Assembly: GCA_045804645.1 (NCBI GenBank)
Contig: JBJMMR010000052.1
Coordinates: 39,405-103,404, forward strand
Reading direction: 5' to 3'
DNA length: 64,000 nucleotides
From: Chloroflexota bacterium
GTDB lineage: Bacteria > Chloroflexota > Limnocylindria > Limnocylindrales > CSP1-4
The position numbers and the translations under genes are program-made. Positions 1 to 8,554 of this stretch are shown here, in pieces. Every line of letters starts with the position of its first letter. Positions within the stretch are counted from its first letter, which is position 1. The notes beneath the pieces are model-generated. The model had not been told where the DNA came from. It saw nothing but the letters and a program-made list of their open reading frames with translations, and ran no database searches.

Positions 1-690
1 GGTCACGAGCCGCATCGAGGGTCGCGGCGGGAAGATGTAGGTCCCGCGGGCGATGTACTCCTTTAGGATGTCGTTCTGGGTGGTGCCGCTGATCCTGGCT
101 CGTTCGACGCCGTGGCCCTCCGCAGCGGCGACGTAGAGCGCGAGGAGGATCGGGGCGGTGGCGTTGATCGTCATCGACGTGCTGACGTCCCCGAGCGGCA
201 GACCGTCGACGAGCGTGGCCATGTCGGCAAGGCTGCTGATCGGGACCCCCACCCGCCCGACCTCCCCTTCCGCGGCGGCCGCATCCGAGTCGTAGCCCAT
301 CTGCGTCGGCAGGTCGAACGCCACCGACAGCCCGGTCTGGCCATGATCGAGCAGGTACCGGAAGCGGCGGTTCGTCTCCTCGGCCGTCGCGAACCCGGCG
401 TACTGCCGCATCGTCCAGAGGCGACTCCTGTACATCGTCGGCTGGACGCCGCGGGTAAAGGGGTACTCCCCCGGGCGTCCTAGGTCGCGGTCCTCATCGA
501 GATCGTGCGTATCCGCGGCCGTATACAGGTCGCGGACGAGGATCCCGGATGACGTCTCGAATGCCTGTCGCCGCTCAGGGCTGGAGGCGAGCGCCTTGGC
601 CCGGAGCGTCTCGCGCCACCGTTCGCGCGCAGGGTCCGTTCCCTCGACGACGGGTCTACGGGGGCGAGTGTTCCGGGTCGTGTCGGTCAT
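1..690 (-). CDS. methylmalonyl-CoA mutase family protein, catalytic N-terminal part (gene 3' end lies beyond window start)
   Basis: Absent from the ORF track because it is open at the window edge. My reverse-strand translation from ATG (complement of 688-690) reads [10 protein letters not shown]...[47 protein letters not shown]...[17 protein letters not shown]...[25 protein letters not shown]. These are characteristic B12-mutase motifs. The start lies 4 nt after the BCCP stop. Confidence 0.85.
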   Translation of the reverse strand, partial: MTDTTRNTRPRRPVVEGTDPARERWRETLRAKALASSPERRQAFETSSGILVRDLYTAADTHDLDEDRDLGRPGEYPFTRGVQPTMYRSRLWTMRQYAGFATAEETNRRFRYLLDHGQTGLSVAFDLPTQMGYDSDAAAAEGEVGRVGVPISSLADMATLVDGLPLGDVSTSMTINATAPILLALYVAAAEGHGVERARISGTTQNDILKEYIARGTYIFPPRPSMRLVT

Positions 691-694
691 CGTG

Positions 695-1189
695 TCACTC
701 GACGACCACGAGCACGTCCCCGACCTCGACGGTCCCCCCAGTCGCGGCAGCAACGCGGACCACGGTGCCACTGCGCGGCGCACGCAACTCGTTCTGCATC
801 TTCATCGCCTCTACCGCGAGGAGCGTCTGGCCCGCCTCCACGCTGTCACCAGGCACGACGGCAACGGACGCCACCCTTCCCGGGATGATGGCACGGATCT
901 CGAGCGCTCCACCACCCCTGGTCGAGTCGTCCCCCGCGCGCGTCGCACGCTCACGCAGGGTCGCCCGTGCGTCGTCCTCGACGACGAGCACGAACCGCCA
1001 CCCGTCGACGACGACCTCGACCGTTCGCGTCCCGTCCCGAGCGGGCTGCCCGACGGCTCCCTGTTGGACGATGTGACCGGCCGGCACCGGCTCGTCATTC
1101 GGCAACACGAGCGTCGGGTCGTCCGGATGGGCGGTTTCCCCAGCCGACCGCACGCGCACGTCGCGCGCGGGTCGAGTCATCGCGGCCAA
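695..1189 (-). CDS. biotin carboxyl carrier protein (stand-alone biotinyl domain protein)
   Basis: 164 aa ORF with the C-terminal biotinylation motif EAMKMQNEL inside a ~70 aa biotinyl/lipoyl-type domain. Its start overlaps the end of the biotin carboxylase ORF by 13 nt. Confidence 0.85.
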   Translation of the reverse strand: MAAMTRPARDVRVRSAGETAHPDDPTLVLPNDEPVPAGHIVQQGAVGQPARDGTRTVEVVVDGWRFVLVVEDDARATLRERATRAGDDSTRGGGALEIRAIIPGRVASVAVVPGDSVEAGQTLLAVEAMKMQNELRAPRSGTVVRVAAATGGTVEVGDVLVVVE

Positions 1190-2778
1190 CGCTCGATCGC
1201 CGTCGCTCGGCCGGCGGTCCGCCAGGGCGACGCAGGTGGAGCGTCTTTGCGCAAAGACAGTGGTGCGTGGACTCCCGCCGAACGGCCGACCGCCACGGCC
1301 GCGACGGCCGCCACGTCAAACACGTGCCTGCGGTCGGCGGCGCCATCCCAGTGGTCCGTGACCCAATCGGTGGACAACGCGTCCCCGTCGTCGCCGAGGA
1401 ATCGTTCGTCGCGCACGAGGGCACGGTCGAACGGCAGGGTCGTCTGTATGCCGGTGATCTCGACCTCGTCGAGCGCCCGGCGAAGCGCGGCGACGGCTTC
1501 GCGCCGATCGGCGCCGACCGCCATGACCTTTGCGATCATCGGGTCGTACTCCGATGCGACGCGGTCGCCAGCCCGGATGGCGGTGTCGACGCGGACACTA
1601 GGGCCCGACGGCATCACCCACTGCCCGACGCGACCCGGGGCGGGGGCAAAGTCGCGGGACGGATCTTCTGCGGCAAGCCGGACCTCGATAGCGTGCCTCT
1701 GAGGGTCGAGGGCGCGGGCTGCCGCTCCGCGTGCTCGATCCGAAAGCGAACGTCCTGCCGCGATCCATAGCTGCTCGGCGACGAGGTCGAGGTCGGTCAC
1801 CAGTTCGGTGACGCCGTGCTCGACCTGCAACCGCGCGTTGACCTCGAGGAACCAGAACTTGCGCTCGCGGTCGAAGAGGAACTCGGCAGTGGACGCATTC
1901 CACAGCCCCGCCGCGCGTGCGGCGCGAACGGCCATCCCGTGGAGCTCGCGACGTTCGTCGGTCGTCAGCCCTGGCGCCGGCGTTTCCTCGACAAGCTTCT
2001 GATGGCGGCGCTGCACGGAGCAATCGCGCTCGCCGAGAGCGACGACTTCGCCCGACTGGTCACCGAGCAACTGGACTTCGATATGACGCGCGGGCCGGAC
2101 CTCCCGCTCGAGGTAGACGGCGCCGTCGCCGAACGACGCGCGCGCCTCGGTCGACGCGGCGACGAGGGCCGCCGGTAGGTCGCCCACGCGTGCGACCCGC
2201 CGCATCCCCCTACCGCCTCCGCCCGCGGCAGCCTTGACGAGCAGGGGAAAGCCGATCCGCTCGGCAGCCGCGGTGATCCCGTCGATGGCATCGGCTCGAT
2301 CGATCGGCGCAGGATCGAACGTCCCGGGGACCACCGGTACGTCGGCCGCCGCGGCCGTCCGTCGCGCCGCGAGCTTGTCGCCCAGCGCGTCGATCGCCCC
2401 CGCTGGCGGTCCGATGAACACGAGCCCGGCCTCGACGACCGCACGCGCGAACGACGCCCGTTCCGACAGAAAGCCGTACCCCGGGTGGATCGCTTCAGCA
2501 CCGGTGGCGATCGCCGCCTCGATGATGCGGTCGGCACGCAGGTAGCTCTCGGCGGCGGCCGCCCCGCCCAGCCGCACCGCGTCGTTCGCCGCGCGGACAT
2601 GCGCCGCTTCCGCGTCGACGTCGGAATAGACCGCGACGACCTCGACGCCGAGGTCGCGGCACGTCCGGATGATGCGAAGCGCGATCTCCCCGCGGTTGGC
2701 TATGAGGATGCGGGTGAACGGCCGAGTCGCGGTGTCTTTGCGCAAGGACACCCGAGGTGTCGGGGCGACGCCCGTCAC
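1177..2778 (-). CDS. biotin carboxylase subunit of an acyl-CoA (propionyl/acetyl-CoA) carboxylase, lacking a fused BCCP domain
   Basis: 533 aa with [21 protein letters not shown], the ATP-grasp glycine loop [10 protein letters not shown] and [14 protein letters not shown]. Overlaps the pccB stop by 4 nt (2775-2778). Confidence 0.9.
   Translation of the reverse strand: MTGVAPTPRVSLRKDTATRPFTRILIANRGEIALRIIRTCRDLGVEVVAVYSDVDAEAAHVRAANDAVRLGGAAAAESYLRADRIIEAAIATGAEAIHPGYGFLSERASFARAVVEAGLVFIGPPAGAIDALGDKLAARRTAAAADVPVVPGTFDPAPIDRADAIDGITAAAERIGFPLLVKAAAGGGGRGMRRVARVGDLPAALVAASTEARASFGDGAVYLEREVRPARHIEVQLLGDQSGEVVALGERDCSVQRRHQKLVEETPAPGLTTDERRELHGMAVRAARAAGLWNASTAEFLFDRERKFWFLEVNARLQVEHGVTELVTDLDLVAEQLWIAAGRSLSDRARGAAARALDPQRHAIEVRLAAEDPSRDFAPAPGRVGQWVMPSGPSVRVDTAIRAGDRVASEYDPMIAKVMAVGADRREAVAALRRALDEVEITGIQTTLPFDRALVRDERFLGDDGDALSTDWVTDHWDGAADRRHVFDVAAVAAVAVGRSAGVHAPLSLRKDAPPASPWRTAGRATAIERWPR
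1243..1258. repeat. parS-like palindrome copy 1 (GTCTTTGCGCAAAGAC, perfect 16-mer)
   Basis: Perfect 16 bp palindrome read directly. Lies in the 3' end of the biotin carboxylase ORF. Same core as the copies at 2731, 4342 and 5833. Confidence 0.6.
2731..2752. repeat. parS-like palindrome copy 2 (GGTGTCTTTGCGCAAGGACACC)
   Basis: 22 bp palindrome with one mismatched pair. Lies about 9-16 codons into the biotin carboxylase ORF. Confidence 0.6.
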
Positions 2779-4373
2779 AGGGGGATGTTGCCGTGCTTCT
2801 TCGGCGGGTTCGTATCGCGCTTGTCGGCGAGCATCTCAAGCGCCGCGATGAGGCGCGGCCGCGTCTCCGACGGTCGGATCACGTCGTCGACGTAGCCGCG
2901 CGCCGCGGCGACATACGGATTGGCGAAGCGGTCCTCGTATTCAGTCACGAGACGCGCCCGAGTGGCCGCGGGGTCATCCGCCCCGGCGATCTCGTCCCGA
3001 TACAGGATGTTCACCGCGCCCTCCGCGCCCATCACCGCGATCTCCGCCGTCGGCCAGGCGAGGTTGATGTCGCCGCGGACGTGTTTACTCGACATCACGT
3101 CGTACGCGCCGCCGTACGCCTTGCGCGTGATGACCGTCACTTTCGGGACCGTCGCCTCGCAATACGCGTAGAGGAGCTTGGCACCGTGCCGGATGATCCC
3201 GCCGTGCTCCTGCCCGACACCAGGCAGGAAGCCCGGAACGTCGACGAGCGTCAGGAGCGGGACGTTGAAGCAGTCGCACGTCCGGACGAAGCGCGCCGCC
3301 TTCGTGGATGCCGCGATGTCGAGTGCCCCGGCCAGGACCGCCGGTTGCTGTGCGACGATGCCGATGCTGCGGCCGTTCAAACGGGCGAAGCCCGTGAGGA
3401 TGTTCTGCGCCCACCCCGGCTGGATCTCGGTGAACGAGCCGTCGTCGACGATCCGCTCGATGACGCCGTGCATGTCATAGGGCTTGGACGGGTCGTCCGG
3501 GATGATCGAGTCGAGGGTGTCGTCCATCCGGTCGACCGGGTCATTCGTCGACGAGATCGGCGGATCGCCAAGGTTGTTCTGCGGCAGGAACGCCAGCAGT
3601 CGTCGCGCACTCTCGAGCGCCGAGGCCTCATCCGGCGCCGCGAGATGTGCGACACCGCTTTGGGTCGTGTGGGTCGTCGCACCGCCGAGCGTCTCCGCGT
3701 CGACGTCCTCGTGCGTGACAGCCTTCACGACGTTCGGTCCGGTCACGAACATGTAGCTCGTTCCCTCGACCATGATCGTGAAGTCGGTGATCGCCGGGGA
3801 ATAGACGGCTCCCCCGGCGCAGGGCCCCAGGATCACCGACAGTTGTGGCACGACGCCGGACGCGAGCGTGTTGCGTAGGAAGATGTCGGCATAGCCGCCG
3901 AGCGAGACGACGCCCTCCTGGATACGCGCACCGCCAGAATCATTCAGCCCGATGATCGGGGCGCCGACCTTCATCGCCAGATCCATGATCTTGCAGATCT
4001 TCTCGGCGTACGCCTCTGACAGCGATCCGCCGAACACCGTGAAATCCTGGCTGAAGACGAACACCGTGCGTCCATCGATGGAGCCATGCCCCGTCACGAC
4101 GCCGTCGCCGAGGTACGACGTATGGACCGTGGCGTTCCGGTTGGTCACGAACGCGTCAAGCTCGATGAACGAATCCGCGTCAAGCAACAGCTCGATTCGC
4201 TCGCGCGCCGTCAGCTTTCCGCGCCCATGCTGCTGGTCGATCCGCTCCTGGCCACCACCGAGACGCGCCTCTTCCCGCATCGCAGCAAGGCGCGCGAGAC
4301 GTCGTTCGTTCGTCGACAAGGGGTTGATCCTCAGCGAATCGGGCTGTCTTTGCGCAAGGACAGCCGTCATCAT
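2775..4373 (-). CDS. pccB: propionyl-CoA carboxylase beta chain / methylmalonyl-CoA carboxyltransferase
   Basis: Carboxyltransferase N and C domains ([39 protein letters not shown]). I prefer the tandem ATG ATG start (complement of 4368-4373) over the track start at 4430, because the longer version reads through two DnaA-box-like sites. Confidence 0.9.
   Translation of the reverse strand: MMTAVLAQRQPDSLRINPLSTNERRLARLAAMREEARLGGGQERIDQQHGRGKLTARERIELLLDADSFIELDAFVTNRNATVHTSYLGDGVVTGHGSIDGRTVFVFSQDFTVFGGSLSEAYAEKICKIMDLAMKVGAPIIGLNDSGGARIQEGVVSLGGYADIFLRNTLASGVVPQLSVILGPCAGGAVYSPAITDFTIMVEGTSYMFVTGPNVVKAVTHEDVDAETLGGATTHTTQSGVAHLAAPDEASALESARRLLAFLPQNNLGDPPISSTNDPVDRMDDTLDSIIPDDPSKPYDMHGVIERIVDDGSFTEIQPGWAQNILTGFARLNGRSIGIVAQQPAVLAGALDIAASTKAARFVRTCDCFNVPLLTLVDVPGFLPGVGQEHGGIIRHGAKLLYAYCEATVPKVTVITRKAYGGAYDVMSSKHVRGDINLAWPTAEIAVMGAEGAVNILYRDEIAGADDPAATRARLVTEYEDRFANPYVAAARGYVDDVIRPSETRPRLIAALEMLADKRDTNPPKKHGNIPL
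4342..4365. repeat. parS-like palindrome copy 3 (GGCTGTCTTTGCGCAAGGACAGCC)
   Basis: 24 bp palindrome with one mismatched pair. Lies immediately after the preferred pccB start codon and about 160 bp upstream of parA. Confidence 0.6.
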
Positions 4374-4383
4374 ACGGTCCCAG

Positions 4384-4392
4384 TTATCCACG
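4384..4392 (+). promoter_or_regulatory. DnaA-box-like 9-mer TTATCCACG (8/9 to TTATCCACA)
   Basis: Read directly in the pccB-parA divergent intergenic region. Confidence 0.45.
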
Positions 4393-4417
4393 GAAATGGT
4401 GAACAACTCCCGCCGCC

Positions 4418-4426
4418 TGTGGATAA
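4418..4426 (-). promoter_or_regulatory. DnaA-box 9-mer (plus strand TGTGGATAA, i.e. TTATCCACA 9/9 on the minus strand)
   Basis: Read directly. Inverted relative to the box at 4384, 26 bp away. Confidence 0.5.
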
Positions 4427-4521
4427 CCACCGTCCCGTGCCCAACGACGCTGGAGTAGCATGACGCGACGTCCCGCCGTCACCGTCAACCATCGGGCCGA
4501 TCGATTCGAGGTGATGCCCCA

Positions 4522-5292
4522 GTGAAAAACGTCATCGCGATCGCGAATCAAAAGGGGGGCGTCGGTAAGACGACGACTGCGATCAACCTCGCGGGGGCGT
4601 TGGCGGAAGAGGGATATCGCGTCCTCTGCATCGATATGGACCCCCAGGCCAATCTCACTGCGGGTCTCGGGATCAACCTCAACACCGTCGAACGATCGAT
4701 GGCCGACGTCCTCGCCGACGGCCGTTCGAAGTTGAGTGACGTGATCCTCGCGACCGATAGCGCCGGCATCGATGTCGCTCCGGCGCACATCGATCTCGCC
4801 TCGACCGAGGGCGAACTGTTCACCGCGCTCGGACGCGAGTCGATCTTGCGCGAGGCGCTCGACGGGCAGATCAAGGGTTACGACTACGTCCTGATCGATT
4901 GCCCGCCGAACCTCGGGCTGCTGACCGTCAATGGCCTCGTCGCCTCCAACGGCGTGATCATCCCCGTCCAAACGCAGTACTACGCGATGAAGGGCCTGAC
5001 GAACCTCGTGAAGGTCATCAACGCGATCCGGCTCAAGCTCAACCGCAATCTCCGAATCCTCGGACTGCTTCCGACGTTCTACGACGGTCGCACCAACCTC
5101 GCTCGGGACATGCTCGACGAGCTGCGCGTGGTCGGTGACCACCACGTGTTTACGAGCATCGTTCGGAACACGGTGAAGCTCGGCGAGGCTCCCCTCGTCG
5201 GGCGGCCCATCACGAGCTACGCGGGCGGAAGCGAAGCTGCTCGCACGTACCGTGAGCTGGCACGGGAGGTGGTAGACCTTGGCACGGCCTGA
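4522..5292 (+). CDS. parA: ParA/Soj family partition ATPase
   Basis: 256 aa with the deviant Walker [22 protein letters not shown] start with GAGGTG upstream. Overlaps the parB start. Confidence 0.9.
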   Translation: MKNVIAIANQKGGVGKTTTAINLAGALAEEGYRVLCIDMDPQANLTAGLGINLNTVERSMADVLADGRSKLSDVILATDSAGIDVAPAHIDLASTEGELFTALGRESILREALDGQIKGYDYVLIDCPPNLGLLTVNGLVASNGVIIPVQTQYYAMKGLTNLVKVINAIRLKLNRNLRILGLLPTFYDGRTNLARDMLDELRVVGDHHVFTSIVRNTVKLGEAPLVGRPITSYAGGSEAARTYRELAREVVDLGTA

Positions 5293-6340
5293 TTTCCGAG
5301 CAGCCGCCGCGCGTCGACTCTCGGAGGAGCGCGAGCTCTCCCCGGCCATCGTCAGCCTTCTCTCCCCGGACGGCCCGACCCGAAGCGTCGGGGTCCGGAT
5401 CGTCCAGGTCGACCGGATCGAGCCGAATCCCGAACAGCCGCGACTCGCGTTCAACCAGGAAACACTCGACGAACTCACCGCGTCGATCCGCGAGCACGGC
5501 GTCCTCCAGCCGATCCTCGTTCGGCCCGTCGGCCAGAACCGCTATCAGCTGATCGCCGGCGAGCGTCGTTGGCGCGCCTCCAAGCAGGCGGGTCTCGAGA
5601 CGATCCCAGCCTTGATCGAAGAGATCGACGATGACACGGCGCTGGAGATCTCGATCATCGAGAACCTCCAGCGCGAGGACATCTCGCCCCTCGACGAGGC
5701 GGCCATGTTCGACCGGATGGTCACTGAGCACGGGTACAGCCTCCGGAAGCTTGCGGATAAGCTCGGCAAGGACAAGGGCTACGTCGAGAATCGTCTGCGG
5801 CTCGCGGACGCTCCCGACGAGGTTCGCGAGCTGGTGTCTTTACGCAAAGACACCCTTTCGCACGCATACGAGCTCATGAAGGTCCAGGACCCCAAGCGAC
5901 GCCGGCGGCTCGCCGACCAGGTCGCGCGCGGCGAGCTGACGCTCATCAAGCTCCGCGACAAGATCGAGGGACGCCGAACGCGGGTCCCCCGGGTTCTGGA
6001 CGGCGTGAACGGGTCAGAGCCGACGCTCGACCTCGACGTCGACGCGGGCGGGGACGACGAGCTGGACGAACCGACTCCGATCGCGCGCGCACCGGAGCCC
6101 GTGGAGCAGATCGAAGAGCTGACGCGACGGCGCGGGCCGCTGAGCGAAGACTCGCTCGTGAACGCGAAGTCATCGCTGGCGGAAGCTCTCGACGAGCTGG
6201 TGAATGTCTTGCGCGCCCCAGAAGCGATTCGCTCGATCCCCGATGTCGATCGAGACAACCTCGCCAAGTACCTGACGATCTCGAAGCTCCGCCTCGAGAA
6301 CGCCATCGCCCTCGTGCGTTCTGGCGACGGGTTCGACTGA
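5279..6340 (+). CDS. parB: ParB/Spo0J family partition protein (CTP-binding type)
   Basis: 353 aa with an N-terminal ParB box (IEPNPEQPR), the arginine patch [10 protein letters not shown], an HTH ([23 protein letters not shown]) and an acidic linker. TTG start overlaps the parA end. Confidence 0.9.
   Translation: MARPDFRAAAARRLSEERELSPAIVSLLSPDGPTRSVGVRIVQVDRIEPNPEQPRLAFNQETLDELTASIREHGVLQPILVRPVGQNRYQLIAGERRWRASKQAGLETIPALIEEIDDDTALEISIIENLQREDISPLDEAAMFDRMVTEHGYSLRKLADKLGKDKGYVENRLRLADAPDEVRELVSLRKDTLSHAYELMKVQDPKRRRRLADQVARGELTLIKLRDKIEGRRTRVPRVLDGVNGSEPTLDLDVDAGGDDELDEPTPIARAPEPVEQIEELTRRRGPLSEDSLVNAKSSLAEALDELVNVLRAPEAIRSIPDVDRDNLAKYLTISKLRLENAIALVRSGDGFD
5833..5854. repeat. parS-like palindrome copy 4 (GGTGTCTTTACGCAAAGACACC), inside parB
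   Basis: 22 bp palindrome with a central mismatch. Lies inside the parB ORF and encodes VSLRKDT, just after the predicted HTH. Confidence 0.6.
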
Positions 6341-6361
6341 GCGTTCCGACCGGCTGACCGG

Positions 6362-7075
6362 CTAGGGCCGCGCGAGCAAGCCCGCGACCCAGCCGGCCGC
6401 CGCGATCGCGGCGCCGACCGCCTGTGCCTCCCACGCCCGGCGTCTTGCAGCCACGTCCCTTCGCCATCCGAGGCTGACGCCCGCCATCACGACGAGCGTC
6501 CCGGCGACGATAAGCGCGAGCGGAACCAGCGGCCACGCTAGGGGATCGGCAAGGACCATGCCCACGCCCGTCGCGGCGGCCATGAGCACCATTCCGGCCC
6601 ACCACGATCGACGCGCGCCCAGTGCCGTCGCGACGGACCGCGTCCCCGCGGCGCGATCGGTCTCGAGGTCGACGCGCGCGTTCGCGACCGCGAGCCCCGC
6701 TCCGGCCAGGACCGCCATCGGCACGAGGATCCGAAAGAAGTCCGGCAGCGAGCCGGTCACGCCGAGCCAGCCGTATACCGGCAGCAGCGGGATGCCGACG
6801 GCGAACGGCAACCAGGACCACGCCGTCCCCTTGGCGAGGAGGTCGTAGGCGGCGCCGACGAGAAGCACGGCGATGGCGACCAGGAACGTCGCCGGTCCGG
6901 AGGGCAACGCCAGCACGACTCCGGCACCAGCCGCCACGACGACGACGCCCCTCGCCGTCCGAGGGTCGACGAGACCCCCAGGGATCGGCTTCGGCGGGAC
7001 CCGCCCGGCGTCCGCTGGCGCATCCACGAGGTCGTTGAGCGCGCCGATGGCGAACTGGAGCGCCGCCATCGACAC
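6362..7075 (-). CDS. UbiA family prenyltransferase (start uncertain; homology continues upstream to about 7190 without a canonical start codon)
   Basis: Multi-TM protein with LNDLVDAPADA (NDxxD prenyl-diphosphate motif). The frame upstream of the GTG at 7075 stays open and reads ...AAGIVRLVHPFPSVLDGIVVFAVALLAGG, which looks like the normal first TM of this family. Confidence 0.75.
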   Translation of the reverse strand: MSMAALQFAIGALNDLVDAPADAGRVPPKPIPGGLVDPRTARGVVVVAAGAGVVLALPSGPATFLVAIAVLLVGAAYDLLAKGTAWSWLPFAVGIPLLPVYGWLGVTGSLPDFFRILVPMAVLAGAGLAVANARVDLETDRAAGTRSVATALGARRSWWAGMVLMAAATGVGMVLADPLAWPLVPLALIVAGTLVVMAGVSLGWRRDVAARRRAWEAQAVGAAIAAAGWVAGLLARP

Positions 7076-7205
7076 GGCTAGCCTCGTAGCGGTCGCGACA
7101 CCTCCCCCGGCCAGGAGCGCGACAGCAAAGACGACGATACCGTCGAGGACCGAGGGGAATGGATGGACCAGCCGGACGATGCCGGCGGCGCGTGCCGCGA
7201 AGGGT

Positions 7206-7571
7206 TCAGACGTAAACGAGCTCGTCGAAGTTCTCGACGAGGTAGTCGATCAGCCGGTCGCGGCCGTTGGGGGTCTCGCGGCGGATCCCAGGTACGAGCG
7301 CGTAGAGAGCGACTGCCGGGATCATCTGCCGACCCTGGGCGTCTCGCCCGAGTGAGGCCATCGGACCGCTGCCGGAAGCGAACACACGTTCGATATCCGC
7401 TTCGCTCAGGCCTGCGGCCTTGCGGAGATCGGTGAGGACTCGGATGACGCCACGGCGCTTCGCGACGTCGCGCATCATCTCCGCGGCCCACGAATCGATC
7501 TGGTCATCCGACTGGTCGGCGAGGCGCTGTCGGTATTCCTTCGGGTCGGTCGAAAGCCCTGTCCCTGCCAC
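7206..7571 (-). CDS. hypothetical protein
   Basis: 121 aa ORF with strong GC3 bias and no recognised motif. Confidence 0.55.
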   Translation of the reverse strand: MAGTGLSTDPKEYRQRLADQSDDQIDSWAAEMMRDVAKRRGVIRVLTDLRKAAGLSEADIERVFASGSGPMASLGRDAQGRQMIPAVALYALVPGIRRETPNGRDRLIDYLVENFDELVYV

Positions 7572-7631
7572 GGCGCTCCCTGTCTGGCTTCGGTCTTCCG
7601 AGTATGCCAGACGGACGCCGCGCGTCGCGCC

Positions 7632-8435
7632 TCAGACGGCTTCCGCGCGCTCCTGGGTGCCCGTCGCGAGCGCCGAACATTGCGCCGCCAAGGCCGCGTC
7701 ACGCGATCCCTCGGGCCACTCGTTGAATCGCTCCGTCATCCAGGCGGCGATCCGCCCCGTCCGTGGTGCACTCGGCGCGTCCGCAAGCATGTCCCCGAGC
7801 CGCGCCGCAAGCTGCGCCGTCAGGGCCTCGACCGCCGCACGGTCCGGGCGTCCGTCCACCGCGATGGGTTCGCCGATCCGGATGCGAACGCGGGCACCGA
7901 ACCGGAGCCAGGTGGTGCCGTTGATCGCGATCGGAACGAGCGGGACACGCGAACGGAGCGCGAAATATGCTGCGCCGTCATTGAGCGGCAGGAGATGGTC
8001 CTCCATCGCGCCGATCCGTCCCTCGGCGGCGATCGCGAGCACACCGCCCTTGCCGATGACGGCGCCGACGCGTCTCGTCGCCTCGAGCAGGTCGTTCTTG
8101 CCCGGCTTGTACGGGATGGCGCTGCCGGTCCATAGCATCACCCGGTTCCGTCCGCTGGACCGCATGTCCTCCTCTTTCGGGCCGAAGAACGACAGCCGTG
8201 GCCGAAGAGGGAGCGTCGCCATCAATGCGAAGGGATCCACCCATGAGAGGTGATTGAACGCGTAGATGGCGGGGCCGGCTGGCAGCCGATCGCGGCCCTC
8301 GACGTCAAACCGGAGCCAGGTGCGGGTGAGGAATGCGGCGACGACCCGAGCGACGTAGTAGCGGATCGTCCGGCGGACTGGATGAAGATTACCGAGGGGA
8401 TCGGACCGCGGCGCCACATCAGCACGTGCGCTCAT
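7632..8435 (-). CDS. 1-acyl-sn-glycerol-3-phosphate acyltransferase family protein (PlsC-like)
   Basis: Has the HxxxxD acyltransferase motif FNHLSWVDP and the AAEGRIG block. Start chosen at the internal ATG (MSARADV...) rather than the track start at 8540. Confidence 0.8.
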   Translation of the reverse strand: MSARADVAPRSDPLGNLHPVRRTIRYYVARVVAAFLTRTWLRFDVEGRDRLPAGPAIYAFNHLSWVDPFALMATLPLRPRLSFFGPKEEDMRSSGRNRVMLWTGSAIPYKPGKNDLLEATRRVGAVIGKGGVLAIAAEGRIGAMEDHLLPLNDGAAYFALRSRVPLVPIAINGTTWLRFGARVRIRIGEPIAVDGRPDRAAVEALTAQLAARLGDMLADAPSAPRTGRIAAWMTERFNEWPEGSRDAALAAQCSALATGTQERAEAV

Positions 8436-8554
8436 GGCCGGCGACGCTAGCACAGGGTCGTCGGGACGCTTGTCGGTCTCCCGACATATGTGCGAGAACG
8501 GAGCGGCAAGCACGGCCCGATCGACCCGGCGCGAACCCATCGGCGCCCCGTACG

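Noticed and set aside
112-4463. Long plus-strand ORFs over the carboxylase/mutase operon (e.g. 112-483, 596-1702, 967-1770, 2757-3878, 3952-4458)
   Set aside because: They are antisense to genes with clear family motifs. Their products are Arg/Pro/Ala-rich low-complexity sequence, typical of high-GC shadow ORFs.
4374-4521. Calling this intergenic region an origin of replication
   Set aside because: Only two DnaA-box matches are present. No AT-rich unwinding element or dnaA/dnaN genes are in the window. It is reported as a DnaA-box pair only.
4384-5478. 364-aa minus-strand ORF antisense to parA
   Set aside because: parA on the plus strand has an unambiguous Walker A and full-length homology. 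The antisense product has no motif.
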